Assembly: GCA_040386535.1 (NCBI GenBank)
Contig: JAZKFH010000013.1
Location: forward strand, 288,928 to 352,927
Length of the DNA stretch: 64,000 bases
Source: Myxococcota bacterium
GTDB taxonomy: Bacteria > Myxococcota_A > UBA796 > SXON01
Direction: 5' to 3'
The notes beneath the pieces were generated by a model. The model saw only the letters and a list, made by a program, of their open reading frames with translations. It was not told the DNA's origin and did not search any database. The translations under genes were made by a program, and so were the position numbers. Positions 19,902 through 30,162 of this stretch are shown one piece after another. The first letter of the stretch is position 1. The number at the start of each line of letters is the position of its first letter.

Positions 19902-20255
19902 CTACTCGGCGGTCTTGACCTGCATCCACACGACACGGGCGTACTCGTTGTCCCACGAGGACGGCGAGAGCACGAACCGGTCCTCGTACAGGTTCCAGGT
20001 CCCCGCGTACGTCGTGCACACCGCGCCCTCGTCGCTGTCGTCGTAGCAGCTGTCCACGCGCACGAGCGTGGCGTTCCGGGGAATCTCGAGCTCCTCGCCC
20101 TCCTCCATCGGGATCTCGTCGGTGAGGATGGTGACCAGGCTGGCCTCGCCGCGCTCGGTCTCGGTGGGCGTCTCGTCGTCGTCGTCGGCCGACGGGGGCG
20201 TCCCGGAGTCGGGGGTGGAGAACGAGCAGGCGATGAGCAAGAGCAAGGAGAGCAC
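19902..20255 (-). CDS. Small acidic lipoprotein
   Basis: GTG start, LLLIAC lipobox. Confidence 0.78.
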   Translation of the reverse strand: MLSLLLLIACSFSTPDSGTPPSADDDDETPTETERGEASLVTILTDEIPMEEGEELEIPRNATLVRVDSCYDDSDEGAVCTTYAGTWNLYEDRFVLSPSSWDNEYARVVWMQVKTAE

Positions 20256-20358
20256 GGGGACCTCGGACGAACGCCGCGGCTAACGCGCTCGCACGCGCAC
20301 GGGCACCCTCCGCTCGCCCGCGCCGCTGGGCATCAGGCGGTTAGGCTCGCGCCCGACC

Positions 20359-21756
20359 ATGTGGAACGCTCTACCGCCGCGCGCCCCCGTACCGCTCCGC
20401 GTCGTGGGCCTCGTGGTGCTCCTGGCCGTGTCGTTCACCTCCGGCGTGGCGCTCGCCCAGGATCCCGAGGAGGCGCCGCCGGTCCAGGACAGCGGCCCCG
20501 CCGAGGTCCCCGCCGAGGCCCCCGCCGACGCCCCGGCCGAGGCCGCTCCCGTCACCACCGCCGCCGCCGCCGCGCCGGCCGTCGCGACCCTCGAAGCCAC
20601 CCCCGCCGCCACCGAGGCCCCCGCCGCCCCCCGGCCGAAGGCGCGCCGCAAGCGCACGCCGGGCGAGAAGTGGGTGCGCGCCAAGGTGCCCGACGAGCTC
20701 GAGCGGAAGGGTTTCTTCGGGCTCGAGTGGTGGCAGTGGCTCGCGCTCCCGCTCCTCGGCCTCGTGTCCGCGGGCGCCGGGCGCGTGCTCGGCGGCGTGA
20801 CCCGGGCGTCGCTCGACCGCGTGGTCCGCGCCACCACGCCCACCTGGGACGACGAGCTGCTCGCGAACAGCCGCGGCCCGCTCTACAGCTTGTGCGCGGT
20901 CGCCGTTGCCTGGTCGCTCCTCGGGTTCCTGTATCTGCCGGCGGCCGGCCAGGCGTTCGCCGTCCAGGGCCTGCGCGTGGGGCTGCTCCTGGCGCTGGTC
21001 TGGGTGGCCCTCCGCGCCATGGACATCGGCGGGGTCGCGGCCAGCCAGGCGGCGCTCGCCCAGGGGCGCGCCGGCGCGGTGTCGGTCGTGCCGCTCGTGG
21101 TGCGCACCAGCAAGATCGCGCTCGTGGCGCTCGGCGTCGTCGCGGTCCTCTCGTCGCTCGGGTACCCGGTCACCAGCCTGCTCGCGGGCCTCGGCATCGG
21201 CGGCCTCGCCCTGGCCCTCGCCGCGCAGAAGACCGCCGAGAACATGTTCGGCTCGGTGTCCATCGGCGTCGACCAGCCGCTCCGTGTCGGCGACCTCGTC
21301 AAGATCGAGGACTTCACCGGCGTGGTCGAGGCCATCGGGCTGCGCTCGACCCGCATCCGCACGCCGGATCGCACGATCGTGACGCTCCCGAACGGCCGGC
21401 TCGCGGACATGCGCATCGAGAACTACACGGTGCGCGACCGGATGCGGCTGCACACGGTCCTCGGCCTCGACCGGGCCACCACGCCCGATCAGATCCGCGC
21501 CGTGCTCGCCGCGCTCGAAGACACGTTGCGCGCCCACCCGAAGGTCTGGACCGAGGTCGTGCCCGTGCGCCTCTCCGGGCTCGGCGCCAGCTCCGTCGAC
21601 ATCACCGTGTCCGCGTGGTTCCTCGTGTCCGATCCGGACGCGATGTTGATCATCCGCCAGGAGATGTTGCTGGCGTTCCTCGACGTGCTCTCCGCGCAGG
21701 GCGTGCGTCTCGCCTTCCCGACGCAGACCCTCCACCTCGTCAACGACCAGGGGTAG
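20359..21756 (+). CDS. MscS family mechanosensitive channel
   Basis: LLAGLGIGGLALALAAQ, DQPLRVGD, GVVEAIGLRSTRIRT, AFPTQTL. Confidence 0.93.
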   Translation: MWNALPPRAPVPLRVVGLVVLLAVSFTSGVALAQDPEEAPPVQDSGPAEVPAEAPADAPAEAAPVTTAAAAAPAVATLEATPAATEAPAAPRPKARRKRTPGEKWVRAKVPDELERKGFFGLEWWQWLALPLLGLVSAGAGRVLGGVTRASLDRVVRATTPTWDDELLANSRGPLYSLCAVAVAWSLLGFLYLPAAGQAFAVQGLRVGLLLALVWVALRAMDIGGVAASQAALAQGRAGAVSVVPLVVRTSKIALVALGVVAVLSSLGYPVTSLLAGLGIGGLALALAAQKTAENMFGSVSIGVDQPLRVGDLVKIEDFTGVVEAIGLRSTRIRTPDRTIVTLPNGRLADMRIENYTVRDRMRLHTVLGLDRATTPDQIRAVLAALEDTLRAHPKVWTEVVPVRLSGLGASSVDITVSAWFLVSDPDAMLIIRQEMLLAFLDVLSAQGVRLAFPTQTLHLVNDQG

Positions 21757-21760
21757 CCAG

Positions 21761-22534
21761 ATGCCGACCTCGAAGCCAGGTTCTTCGAAACACGGTTCGG
21801 TCCCCGGGTTCGGCCCGGACGACGAGACGCCGATCGCGTCGCCCACCACCCTCCGTCGGGCGCGTCGCATCCTCGCGCCGCTCGCGCGCTACCACCGCTT
21901 CACGGTCGAGGGCCTCGAGAACCTCCCGCTGACCGGCCCCGTCCTGCTCGCCGTGCATCACAGCCTCGCGACGTATGACGGCTTCCTCATCGGCAGCGCC
22001 ATCTACGAGGGCACCGGTCGCCTGCCCCGCGGCCTCGGGGACGACCGCATCTTCCAGATCCCCGGCCTCGGCGCCCTGGCGCGCGACATCGGCATCGTGC
22101 CGGCCTCGCCCGAAGCGGGGGAGCGCCTGTTGCGCGAGGGGCACGTGTTGGGCGTGGCGCCCGGCGGCATGTGGGAGTCGTTGCGCCCGCGCGACGAGCG
22201 GCGCCAATCGCGCTGGGACAACCGCAAGGGGTTCGCCCGCCTCGCGCTGCGCACCGGCGCGCCCCTGGTCATGGCGGCCTGCCCCGCCGCGGACGACCTC
22301 TACACGGTCTACCCGAACCCCCTCACCGACCGCGTATACCGCCGCGTACACCTGCCCGTGCCCATCGTGCGCGGCATCGGGCCCACCGTCCTCCCGCGCC
22401 CCGTCAAGCTCACGGCGTACCTGTCGCGCCCCTTGTTCCCGCCCGCCTACGACCCCGCCCACGAGGAGGCGCAGGTCGACGAGCTGCACGCCGAGGCCAC
22501 CGCGACCATGGCGGAGCTGCTCGGGCGGCGCTGA
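21761..22534 (+). CDS. Lysophospholipid/diacylglycerol acyltransferase family
   Basis: HSLATYD, APGG, RKGFARLA. Confidence 0.88.
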   Translation: MPTSKPGSSKHGSVPGFGPDDETPIASPTTLRRARRILAPLARYHRFTVEGLENLPLTGPVLLAVHHSLATYDGFLIGSAIYEGTGRLPRGLGDDRIFQIPGLGALARDIGIVPASPEAGERLLREGHVLGVAPGGMWESLRPRDERRQSRWDNRKGFARLALRTGAPLVMAACPAADDLYTVYPNPLTDRVYRRVHLPVPIVRGIGPTVLPRPVKLTAYLSRPLFPPAYDPAHEEAQVDELHAEATATMAELLGRR

Positions 22535-22674
22535 GCAAAGGTCGGCTTACGACGAAGGCTGGCTGGGCAACCACGCGCGCGGCGGTCCCCGGGGCTCCGA
22601 GCCGCCCCGACCGCCGCGGCCGGGGCGCTTCGGTCCGTGCTTGACCTCGGTCCCGATCGCCGCACCCTCCTCGG

Positions 22675-23700
22675 ATGCTCCTCCTCCTGACGCTCCTGTC
22701 CCTCGGTCACGCCGCGCCCCCGATGGACCGCCCGCCGCTCCAGGGCCGGCCCTTCCTGGGCCTCGGCGGGCCCACCCCCCTCGCGGAGGACGACGACACC
22801 GGCACCCTGGTGACGTTGCCGCCCGAGCGGGCCGAGGGCATCGCGCTCCAGACGTGGCTCTCGCGCACGCCGTTCCAGCCCGGCTCGATCGACGGGAGCC
22901 CCGGCGGCAACACGGAGCACGCGTTGCGAGCCTTCCAAGAGGCGGAGGGCCTGCGGGTGACCGGCAGGCTCGACAAGCGCACACGCGCGCGGTTGCGCGA
23001 CGCTGCACACGCGGACGCGCGCCCGGTGTTGCGGCGCCACGTCGTGACCGCGGAGGAGGTAGCCGGGCCCTACGTCGACCTCCCGGAGGGCCTGTACGAC
23101 GCGAAGGACTCCGAGTGCATGTGCTACGAGTCGGCGTGGGAGGAGGTGGCCGAGCGCCACCAGCTCTCGCCGGGGCTGCTCGCCACGCTCAACCCGACGG
23201 TCGACCTCGACACGTTGAAGGCCGGCGACACCCTCGTGGTGCCCGACCCACGCCCCATCCGCCCGATCGCGGCGACGGTCGCGATGATCCGCATCGACGT
23301 GGCCGACAAGACGCTGAGCGCCCTGGACGAGGAGGGCAACGTGCTCCGCCAGTACCCGACGGTCGTGGGGGACACGTTCGCCCAGTACCGGGGCGTGATG
23401 GAGGTGGCGAACGTGTCGCACGACCCGGACTACAACCTGAACCCGGACACCTGGGAGGAGATCCCGGACTCCTTGCCGAAGGTGGTCATCCCGCCGGGGC
23501 CCAACAGCCCCGTGGGCGTCGTGTGGATGGGCCTCTCGAAGGACGGGTACGGCATCCACGGCACCTCGCATCCCGAGACGATCGGCCACACGGAGAGCCA
23601 CGGGTGCGTGCGGCTCACGAACTGGTCCGCCACCGAGCTGTCCGCCTACGTCGAGCCGGGCGAGACGAAGGTCGACTTCGTCGGGCTGAACCAGGGGTAG
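22675..23700 (+). CDS. L,D-transpeptidase with a peptidoglycan-binding domain
   Basis: PGSIDG...AFQ PG-binding region; PPGPNSPVG; YGIHGT...SHGCVRL. Confidence 0.93.
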   Translation: MLLLLTLLSLGHAAPPMDRPPLQGRPFLGLGGPTPLAEDDDTGTLVTLPPERAEGIALQTWLSRTPFQPGSIDGSPGGNTEHALRAFQEAEGLRVTGRLDKRTRARLRDAAHADARPVLRRHVVTAEEVAGPYVDLPEGLYDAKDSECMCYESAWEEVAERHQLSPGLLATLNPTVDLDTLKAGDTLVVPDPRPIRPIAATVAMIRIDVADKTLSALDEEGNVLRQYPTVVGDTFAQYRGVMEVANVSHDPDYNLNPDTWEEIPDSLPKVVIPPGPNSPVGVVWMGLSKDGYGIHGTSHPETIGHTESHGCVRLTNWSATELSAYVEPGETKVDFVGLNQG

Positions 23701-23782
23701 AGTAGGGCACGAGGCACGGGGCTTGCTGGCCCTGTTGCCGACACGTGGCCCGCCAACCGGCCCGCGCGCCCCCCGAGGACTC

Positions 23783-24856
23783 ATGCACCGCTTCATCCTG
23801 CTCTCGTTGCTCGCCCTGTCGACCGCCTGCGATCCCAAGGACAACGATCCCGACGACACGGCCGAGCCCGCCGATACGGACACGGACACCGATTCGGACA
23901 CCGACACCGACACCGACACCGACACGGACACCGATACCGACACGGACACCGACACGGACACCGATGTCGAGCTCTGGTCGTGGTGCCCCGACCCCGCCAC
24001 CGCCGTGGGCGACCCGACGTGGGAGGGCAGCGCCGACGTTGGCGATGGCGCGTTGTACTGCGTCCTCCCGACGGAGAACCTCACCTTGGAGGGGAACTAC
24101 ACCTCCAAGGCCCAGCTCCGCGTGGTCCCCGGCGCGTACACCCTCCCGCTCGAAGCCGGCACCTACGATCTCGGCCTGCCCGTCTGTCTCGCGTTCGCCG
24201 ACGGGACCGGCGTCGCGACGAACGGCGGCGGCTCCGCCACCGTGCAGCGCACGTCCTACGACGGCGCGGATCTCGCGCGCATCACCATGCTGGAGGGCCT
24301 CACCGGCGACGCCGCGGGCGCGTACTCGCTGGACACGACGTTCGGCGTCACGACGCCCGAGGGAACGGCGTTCTCCCCGCTCGTGCTCGACGGTGGCGCG
24401 CCCGATCCGTTCACCAGCGGCGGCTACAACCCGATCGTGCATCCGAACGCCACCGGCGACTGGGACGTGCGGACGCGGATGTTCAACGCGTGCAGCGAGC
24501 CCGACTGGCGCCTCGACAAGCACACGATCACGTTCGACGGCGGCGAGATCGAGCTCCACCTCCAGATCGGCGAGAGCATGGCGAGCACCGAGCCCTCGGC
24601 GTTCGTGCGCGCCACGGGCACCCTCGACGGCACGGCGTTCGATCAGGGCGACTACTGGAAGCTGGCGTACCAGCCCGAGCACCACCACTTCGTGCGGCAC
24701 TTCGCGGTGATCTTCGACGCGCCCATCGGCGACATCTGCGCGCTGCGCGTCGAGGGCGTGGATCCCTACGGCGACAGCACGGTCACGGTGCGGCCGGCCG
24801 CGTGTGATCTCGTCGCGAGCGGATCCCGCACGGTCACGGACGTCGCCTACGAATAG
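23783..24856 (+). CDS. Acidic lipoprotein with (DT)n linker
   Basis: GAGG RBS, STAC lipobox, DT repeat at ~23873-23965, YQPEHHHF motif. Confidence 0.85.
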   Translation: MHRFILLSLLALSTACDPKDNDPDDTAEPADTDTDTDSDTDTDTDTDTDTDTDTDTDTDTDVELWSWCPDPATAVGDPTWEGSADVGDGALYCVLPTENLTLEGNYTSKAQLRVVPGAYTLPLEAGTYDLGLPVCLAFADGTGVATNGGGSATVQRTSYDGADLARITMLEGLTGDAAGAYSLDTTFGVTTPEGTAFSPLVLDGGAPDPFTSGGYNPIVHPNATGDWDVRTRMFNACSEPDWRLDKHTITFDGGEIELHLQIGESMASTEPSAFVRATGTLDGTAFDQGDYWKLAYQPEHHHFVRHFAVIFDAPIGDICALRVEGVDPYGDSTVTVRPAACDLVASGSRTVTDVAYE

Positions 24857-26388
24857 TGGACACGACGCTGCGGGCGCCGGAGAATCCGCGCGCTCCGAGG
24901 GTTTCCGTGTCCGCAGCTCCCGACTTCGCTTCCGACCGCGCTCCCGACCGCGCTCCCGACCGCGCTCCCGACTTCTCCGCGATCGCAGGTGTCCCGGGCC
25001 CGCGTCGCATGCCGCTCCTGGGCTGGCGCGCGAACCTGCTCCGCTTCTTCTCGGACCCCATCGCCTACATGGACGCGCTGCCGTCCGTGCGTGGCGTCAT
25101 TCCGTTCGTGGCGGGCGGGTGCCCTCCGGTGATGCTGCGCGGCCCGGGGCCGTCCGTGTTCGCGCTCGGGGGGGCCTGCAACAAGGCGATCCTCGGCGAC
25201 ATGGAGGGCTTCTACAGCCAGGCCATCCCGGGGCCGCCGGGCTCCTTCTCGCGGCTCACCGCCGGGCTCTTCAGCCTGAACACCACCCAGCACGCGCAGC
25301 AGCGGCGCCTCATCCAGCCCGCGTTCCACAAGCGGCGCGTGGAGGGCTACCGCGACGACATGGTGGCGCTCACCAACCGGATGTTGGACGGTTGGGCGGC
25401 CGGCGAGACCCGTGACGTGCTCCCCGAGCTCCAGAAGCTCACGCTCGCCATCGCGAGCCGCACCCTGTTCGGCATCGAGGTCGGGGACGACACCCGCTCG
25501 CTCGGCACGCAGATCCTCGAGGTCGTCGACCGGTCCATGTCGCCGCTCACCATCGTCTCCCCCGATCTTCCCGGCTTCCCCCGCCGCCGCCTCGTCGAGG
25601 CCTCCACGCGGGTCGAGGCCGGCCTGCGCGCCATCATCGCCCAGAAGCGCGCGGACGGCCGCGAGGACCCGGACGTGCTCGCCACATTGATCCGCACCCG
25701 CGACGAGGCCGGCGAGGCGCTCACGGACGACGAGCTGATCGGCCAGGTGTTCCTGCTCTTCTTCGCCGGCCACGACACCACCCGCAACGCGCTCGCGTGG
25801 ACGTTGTTCCTGCTCTCCCAGCACCCCGCGGTGGCCGACGCCCTCGTCGACGAGCTCGACAGCGTCCTGCACGGCGACGCCCCGACGATGGAGCAGCTCG
25901 CGCGCCTCCCCCTGCTCGACGGCGTCGTGAAGGAGGGCCTGCGCCTGTTCCCGCCCGCCCCGATGACCGCGCGAATCGCGATGCGCCCGGTCACGCTCGA
26001 CGGCCGCGACCTGCCCGCGGGCACGGAGGTGATCCTGAGCTACTACCACACCCATCGTGACCCGGACGTGTTCGCCGAGCCCACCCGTTTCCTCCCGAAG
26101 CGCTGGGAGACGATCGCGCCGACCCCCTACGAATACGTGCCCTTCGGCGGCGGCGCGCGCCAATGTATCGGCGCCGGCTTCGCCTCCCTCGAGATCCGCG
26201 TCGTCCTGGCGCTCCTGCTCCAGCGCTTCCGCCCCGTGCTCGCGGCGGGCACGAACGTGGGCCGCCAGACCAGCGTGGTCCTCTCGCCCCACCCCGGCCT
26301 CCCGATGGTGCTCCACCCGCGCGGCGCGCGCGTCACGGCGCCGGCGATGACGGGGAAGGTCCGCGAGATGGTCACCCTGGAGGGGTAG
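24856..26388 (+). CDS. Cytochrome P450
   Basis: AGHDTT, EGLR, FGGGARQCIG heme ligand. The true start may be the GTG at 24907. Confidence 0.95.
   Translation: MDTTLRAPENPRAPRVSVSAAPDFASDRAPDRAPDRAPDFSAIAGVPGPRRMPLLGWRANLLRFFSDPIAYMDALPSVRGVIPFVAGGCPPVMLRGPGPSVFALGGACNKAILGDMEGFYSQAIPGPPGSFSRLTAGLFSLNTTQHAQQRRLIQPAFHKRRVEGYRDDMVALTNRMLDGWAAGETRDVLPELQKLTLAIASRTLFGIEVGDDTRSLGTQILEVVDRSMSPLTIVSPDLPGFPRRRLVEASTRVEAGLRAIIAQKRADGREDPDVLATLIRTRDEAGEALTDDELIGQVFLLFFAGHDTTRNALAWTLFLLSQHPAVADALVDELDSVLHGDAPTMEQLARLPLLDGVVKEGLRLFPPAPMTARIAMRPVTLDGRDLPAGTEVILSYYHTHRDPDVFAEPTRFLPKRWETIAPTPYEYVPFGGGARQCIGAGFASLEIRVVLALLLQRFRPVLAAGTNVGRQTSVVLSPHPGLPMVLHPRGARVTAPAMTGKVREMVTLEG
24916..24975 (+). repeat. 12-bp tandem repeat x5 (APDR/APDF) in the P450 5' end
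   Basis: GCT(C/T)CCGAC(CGC/TTC) units. Confidence 0.85.
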
Positions 26389-26417
26389 GGGAGCGTCCCT
26401 GGTTCACCGTCAGGCTC

Positions 26418-27101
26418 TCACGCCGGGATCCACGCCTCCATCGGCTTTCCGGTGCCATCCTCCAGGGCCTGGAGCACGTCGCGCAGGACCCACATGCTCC
26501 CCACGAGCGTCGGGAGGGTCACGACGCCATAGCTCCAGGCGGTGTACCGCCCGAGCTGCACCGCGAACTCCGTGGAGCCGGTCGGGGACGTGATCATGTA
26601 GGCCGCGAACACGCCGGACGCGATGCCCGAGAGCGCGGTGACGAGCCCGAAGCGCAGCGTCCCGCGGCGCACGCGCTGGAGGTACGCCTCGGTCGCGCCG
26701 TTCTCCGCGAGGGCGGCGGTCACCTTGGGGCCGTCCAACATCTCGTCGAGCAGGCCCGCGAGCAGGCCGGGCCCGCGCAGCGCGGAGAGGGCGAACACGA
26801 GGCCGAACGCCATCGGCAACAGCGCCTCCTTCCAGGCGAACCACGCGGCCTCCATCGGGAGGAAGCCCACCGCCGCGTTCAGCGAGATCGAGGCGATCAC
26901 GAGGAGCGAGAGGGGGCTGGTGCGGCCGAGCGCGAACCGCTTCCAGAGCGCGAAGCCGAGCGGCGCCACCATCGCGACGGCGGGCCCCCACCGTGGGCCG
27001 AAGTACGCCTCGTCGCTGCCGAACGTGAGCACGAGCCAGGGCCAACCCAGGTTCGCGGCGAGGTCGAGGAGGGTCAGGTCGCGGCGCTTCACGCCGGCCA
27101 C
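26418..27101 (-). CDS. Membrane protein, VC0807-like
   Basis: Multiple TM helices; WFAWKEALLP, SPTGSTEF..QLG. Confidence 0.75.
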   Translation of the reverse strand: MAGVKRRDLTLLDLAANLGWPWLVLTFGSDEAYFGPRWGPAVAMVAPLGFALWKRFALGRTSPLSLLVIASISLNAAVGFLPMEAAWFAWKEALLPMAFGLVFALSALRGPGLLAGLLDEMLDGPKVTAALAENGATEAYLQRVRRGTLRFGLVTALSGIASGVFAAYMITSPTGSTEFAVQLGRYTAWSYGVVTLPTLVGSMWVLRDVLQALEDGTGKPMEAWIPA

Positions 27102-27114
27102 GTAGCGGCTCGGA

Positions 27115-28509
27115 CTACGTCGTGCGACGCCGCCGCACCGCCAACAGCGCCAACCCCACCGCCCAGAGCCCGGTCATCGGCGCGCTCGTCCCGCACGCGC
27201 ACGCCTTGGGCTCCTCGTCCTCGTCGTCCGGGTCCGGGTCCGCCGGATCCGGCGCCGCCACGATCGCGGTCCAGCTGTACCCGGCGTTCAGCTCGCCGAT
27301 GTCCCCGAGCGGGACCACGCCGATCCAGGCCTCTGATACATCCTCGCCGAGCCCGGCGATGACGATCTCCGCGGCCCCTGATGCATCGGCACGCACCGAT
27401 GTATGTGTCACGCCCGCGCCCACGTCCGCGGTGGCCAGCGTCACCGCCCACTCGGCCGGGACGTCGTTCACGGTGGGGGCGCCCGCGAGCGTGAAGACCA
27501 CGTCTCCGCCCGGCGAGCCGGAGAAGTGGAGGAAGTTCTGCCCCTTCGCCTGCGGCGCCTCGCGCCCGGTCGCCTCGCCTTCGGCCGGGTAGGCGTCCAC
27601 GTGGGCGACGTACGGATCGATCTCGAAGTAGCCGATGGCCTCGAGCCACACCTCGGGCTCGACCACGTCCAGCGCCGCCACCTCGGAGGTGTAGGCCAGC
27701 ACGATCTCGTCGAAGTCCGCGCCGCCGAGGGCCTGCGTGGTGGCGACCTCCATGCTGTCGAGCGGCCCGGCGTTCTCCCACACCGCGAGCGGGGCGCCCT
27801 CGCCCTCGGCCTCCGCGAGGTGGAGGTTGAACGTCATGTGGCCGTACTGGACCGTGGCGCGCATCGAGTGGAGCGCGAGGTAGGGCGCGTCGAGGTAGGC
27901 CCACAGGCTCCACATGTAGGTGTCGGCGTCGTCGTAGACGAGCTCGGGCACCCACTCGGCGGTGGCCTCCCAGTACCACCAGTCGGCCTCGTCCCAGAAC
28001 ACGTCGTAGGCGAACTGCGAGGCGTGGTTGAACTCGTGGGCGGCCAGGCTCTGCGTCCACGCGTCGCCGTACTCCAGCCACGCGGTGTTGAGCACCATGT
28101 AGGGGACGCCGCCGTCCTCCTTCACGTCGGTGTAGCCGCCGGTGTCGCCCCAGCTCTCGTCGAGCTCGGACAGGAGCACGGTCATCAGGCACGCGTCTGT
28201 CTGGTCGGGGGCGCGCCAGCCGAGGGTGTCGATCTCGACGGACCACGAGGTCTCGAGGGCGTCGGCGTAGGTGGCGAGCGCGGCCTCGGTGACATCACCG
28301 TTGGCGGGGTCCCACGCGAGCAGGAAGTGCTCGGTGGCGAGCGTCTCGGTGTAGGCGCCCCCGAGCTCGTCCTCCTGCGCGATCCGCGAGGGCGCGAGGC
28401 ACACGGCGGGGGAGGCCGCGGCGGCGCGGGGCGGGGCCGGCGGAAGCGGGTTGGCCACGTGCGCGGCGAGGTGGAGCGGGAGGAGGCAGAGGGGGGCGAG
28501 GGGAGGCAT
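27115..28509 (-). CDS. Secreted zinc metalloprotease with a MYXO-CTERM-like sorting signal
   Basis: AHEFNHASQ, WYWEATAEW; C-terminal KACACG-TM-RRRR. Confidence 0.88.
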   Translation of the reverse strand: MPPLAPLCLLPLHLAAHVANPLPPAPPRAAAASPAVCLAPSRIAQEDELGGAYTETLATEHFLLAWDPANGDVTEAALATYADALETSWSVEIDTLGWRAPDQTDACLMTVLLSELDESWGDTGGYTDVKEDGGVPYMVLNTAWLEYGDAWTQSLAAHEFNHASQFAYDVFWDEADWWYWEATAEWVPELVYDDADTYMWSLWAYLDAPYLALHSMRATVQYGHMTFNLHLAEAEGEGAPLAVWENAGPLDSMEVATTQALGGADFDEIVLAYTSEVAALDVVEPEVWLEAIGYFEIDPYVAHVDAYPAEGEATGREAPQAKGQNFLHFSGSPGGDVVFTLAGAPTVNDVPAEWAVTLATADVGAGVTHTSVRADASGAAEIVIAGLGEDVSEAWIGVVPLGDIGELNAGYSWTAIVAAPDPADPDPDDEDEEPKACACGTSAPMTGLWAVGLALLAVRRRRTT

Positions 28510-28552
28510 CGCGACAGTGTACGCGGCTGCCCGCCGTCCCGATCAGCCCGCG

Positions 28553-30115
28553 CTACTCACAGTTGACGACCAGCGGGTTGGCGGTCCCGACGCGGGCCTC
28601 CCCCTCGCTGTCGTCCCAGTGGGTCTCCATCGGGGCGTGGTACTGGCGGCCGCCGCAGCCCGGCGCGCTCATCGTGTAGGTGATCTCCTGCTCCTGGTAC
28701 ACGACCTGCGTGTCCGCGCCGCCGATGGAACGCGCGCCCAGCGTCACCTCGAACACGTACACCGTCGCGCCGTCGTCCCCCGCCTCCGTGCGCACCGGCG
28801 CCTGCGAGAAGTCGGACGCGGAGAAGCCATCGAGCAGCGTCTCGCGGACCTCGGCGGTGCCCTCCTTGCCGCCCATGTTCAGGATGCGCAGGGTCACCGG
28901 CGCCGAGCCGCCGCCGCCGGGCATCGACACGTAGTTGGTGCCGCGGGCCGCGATCATCACCGGGTTCTCCTCCTCCCACGCCCACACGGAGTCCTGGTCC
29001 TCGGCGAGCATGTAGGTGAGCAGCGGCTCCGGCACCCGCGCGCCCAGGAACTCGTAGTACGCGTTGGGTTGGGTGGACTGGTTCAGCTCCATGCACCACC
29101 ACGCGGTGTCGGAGCGGGTGCCGTAGTGGAACGTGAGCGAGGACTCCCTCGGGATGCCGAGGGAGCCGGCGGGGTACACGTCGCCGAAGTCTCCGTCCAT
29201 GTCGCCGGCGCCCATGTCCTGGGACTCGGTGGAGAGCCAGACGTACCAGTGGTCGATACACACGTCGTCATCGGCCGAGAGGTTGGCGACGTAGAGCGTG
29301 CTGCCGCTCGCCTGGGTGTGGGCGTCGAGCAGGCCGCGGTCCCACGCCTCGCCCAGGCCGATACACGGCGGGCCCTGGTGGCCCTCGAGCGGCACGATGG
29401 CGAAGCCGGCCTCGGTGTTGGTGGTGAGCCAGACCTTGCCAACGGCGGTCTCGCCCTCGACGTCGGGCGTGTAGCTCACCGTGATCACGGTGGTGTCCCC
29501 CGGGGGGAGCACCGCCGGGATGGCGCCCTCGGCGGTGAACTGCGCGTTGTCGACGTACATGTCGGACAGATCGAGGTCGGCGGTGCCGACGCTGGACACG
29601 ACGACCTCGGACCACACGGTCTCGCCGTACTCGCTCTCGAAGGAGACGGAGCCGGGCACGATGGCGATCGCCGGGTAGAGCCCGGCCCCGTGGAGCTGCA
29701 CGACCTGGTTCGGCTCGACCGCGTCGCTGCGGACGACCATCGCGCCGAGGTCGTCGAAGCTCGCGGGCGCGTAGGTGACGATCACGTCGGTGGACTCGCC
29801 CGGATCGAGCACCAACTCGGTGGACGCCCAGCTGATCGTGTAGGCGGTGGAGCCCGACACGTCGATGGTGGAGAGGGTGACCGGCAGGTCCCCGATGGAG
29901 GTGAGGGTGACCACGTCGGTGACCGGCGCGTTGCTGGAGAGCGTGCCGAAGTCGACCAGGCCCGGCTCGACCAGCAGGTCGCGGACGCCCTCGATCTCGG
30001 GCTCCTTGATGCCCTCGAGCTCGAAATCGATACACCCGCCCAGCAGGCCACCACCCAACACGCCGAACAGTCCCACCCGCAGTACGACCGACCCCATGCT
30101 CGCTCCCCGGCGCAT
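28553..30115 (-). CDS. Lipoprotein with two Ig-like (choice-of-anchor D / ASH-like) domains
   Basis: LGGC lipobox; VDFG...LTSIGD...LDPGE..V.VTY.P occurs twice. Confidence 0.8.
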   Translation of the reverse strand: MRRGASMGSVVLRVGLFGVLGGGLLGGCIDFELEGIKEPEIEGVRDLLVEPGLVDFGTLSSNAPVTDVVTLTSIGDLPVTLSTIDVSGSTAYTISWASTELVLDPGESTDVIVTYAPASFDDLGAMVVRSDAVEPNQVVQLHGAGLYPAIAIVPGSVSFESEYGETVWSEVVVSSVGTADLDLSDMYVDNAQFTAEGAIPAVLPPGDTTVITVSYTPDVEGETAVGKVWLTTNTEAGFAIVPLEGHQGPPCIGLGEAWDRGLLDAHTQASGSTLYVANLSADDDVCIDHWYVWLSTESQDMGAGDMDGDFGDVYPAGSLGIPRESSLTFHYGTRSDTAWWCMELNQSTQPNAYYEFLGARVPEPLLTYMLAEDQDSVWAWEEENPVMIAARGTNYVSMPGGGGSAPVTLRILNMGGKEGTAEVRETLLDGFSASDFSQAPVRTEAGDDGATVYVFEVTLGARSIGGADTQVVYQEQEITYTMSAPGCGGRQYHAPMETHWDDSEGEARVGTANPLVVNCE

Positions 30116-30162
30116 CCCGACATTCTACGCCGTTCCCCGCGGAGGGGCCCGACCTCTCTCGC